This document shows positions 62,895-64,000 of a stretch of 64,000 bases of DNA, piece after piece (the first letter of the stretch is position 1; the number at the start of each line of letters is the position of its first letter). The position numbers and the translations under genes were made by a program. The notes under the pieces were generated by a model that ran no database searches, was not told the origin of the DNA, and saw only the letters and a program-made list of their open reading frames with translations. The DNA is taken from assembly GCF_003918875.1 (NCBI RefSeq), contig NW_025766989.1, positions 930,001 to 994,000 on the forward strand. The letters are read 5' to 3'. The stretch comes from Haliotis rubra (Eukaryota).

Positions 62895-63169
62895 CTCATG
62901 TATATCTAACAAATGTAAATACTTATTTGGAGTTTTGGCGATTTGATTCATGGAGGATTTGTTTCAGCTGAACCGCTTTACCATTTAAGAAGCATTAACA
63001 CCAACAAAAACATAAAAAATATTTAAGAAGTTCTAATCAACATTATTTTTGAAAGCTAAATGAATTTATAATCCAACACGGATTTGTCAATGGCGATTGG
63101 TGGATAGACGAATAAAGACAAGAATTCTGGAATATATCAGCTGCGACGAGTCCTACATTTGTATCTCTG

Positions 63170-63276
63170 GGCCTAAATTTTCGAAGCTCTCTTAGCGCTA
63201 AGATAGTGGTTAGTTAATGTTAATGTATGGCACTTACGAATACCTTAGCGCTAACCGAACTTCGTAAATCTAGGCC
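63170..63276. mobile_element. Palindromic MITE (copy 3, more diverged)
   Basis: CTG/CCG flanks; same arms and spacer as 17112-17218. Confidence 0.88.
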
Positions 63277-63339
63277 CCGAAGTTTATCACGGGTATGCGT
63301 TTTACAACCAGCATGTACTGTGCTACCCATCGTAACTAT

Positions 63340-63581
63340 CCGTGAAGATCCGGGTTAGAACTGATCTTCAGCAACCCATGTTTGTCGTGAGAGGCAACCA
63401 ACGGGATCTTGTGGTCAGGCTCGCTGACTTGGTTGACACACGTCATCGTATCCCAATTGCGTAGATCGACGTTCATGCTGTTTATCACTGGATTGTTTGG
63501 TCCAGACTCGATTATTTACAGACCATCGCCATATAGCTGGAATATACCTGAGCGCGGCGTTAAACAACAAACAAACAAAAA
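63340..63581 (+). mobile_element. SINE family B, full family length
   Basis: TSD ccatcgtaactatcc (63327-63341 / 63582-63596), overlapping the 5' cc. Confidence 0.94.
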
Positions 63582-64000
63582 CCATCGTAACTATCCAAGA
63601 TAGTAATGGTTCCATACGTCATGCCACAGAAGTGCCTATTTTGGAATGAGGAATATTTTTCTCCGTTTTAAGCAATATTCAAGGTGAAACAAGGTGCGTA
63701 AGGGGCATATTTGTGTGGAGTCGATCCCGGGTGTTTGGCATCACGGATCAAAGCTTTATCTACGAGCCCTAAAAAACTTTCTTGTAAAACAGTAATATTA
63801 TTATTGTTTCTCGCAATAAAAGGAACACTCTCTTGAACATCTGCCTTTTTTACAAAGCAATGAGAGATTATCGCGATATTTACGCATTTTATTTATTGAA
63901 AAAAAAATCTTATCAGTTTGAATATAAGAGTTACCAAAGTGGATTCTTCGATGTTGATAGAATACAACGAGAATACAATTGGCAACAGACGACAAGTGAA

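Noticed and set aside
63339-63400. Pistol, HDV-like or hammerhead ribozyme at the family B 5' end
   Set aside because: Hairpin, loop pairing and A-rich linker resemble pistol P1, but P2/P3 and the catalytic core are absent; no CUGANGA/GAAA pair or HDV topology was found by eye.

Overview
Animal genomic DNA, not prokaryotic. It is probably molluscan, possibly gastropod: an inference from the V-, Meta- and CORE-type SINE complement, with species not verifiable here. The only confidently supported host gene is the terminal homeobox exon of an NK1/slouch (Nkx1) gene at 1611-2128 (+), preceded by intron and followed by a probable 3' UTR. The remaining ~61 kb has no recognisable host exon. It reads as a developmental-gene desert in which repeat-poor, homeodomain-site-rich islands alternate with dense mobile-element debris. 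That debris includes four SINE families (A: tRNA-Asp-like 160 bp; B: headless V-domain type; C: Meta-type; D: CORE-type), a fifth retro-tail family (E), a decayed R4/Dong-clade RLE non-LTR retrotransposon (~45.6-48.25 kb), hAT-, Tc1/pogo- and Harbinger-like MITEs, several minisatellites and a 387-nt assembly gap. Most notable: (1) about ten family-B copies start at the same position, on the 5' edge of a predicted H-type pseudoknot, with no Pol III head; (2) families A, B, C and E share a 3' stem-loop whose stems co-vary between families; (3) there are several readable insertion or repair events (3' transduction, templated insertion, SINE trimer, triple nesting). All family assignments come from reading and recalled consensus motifs, with no database search.
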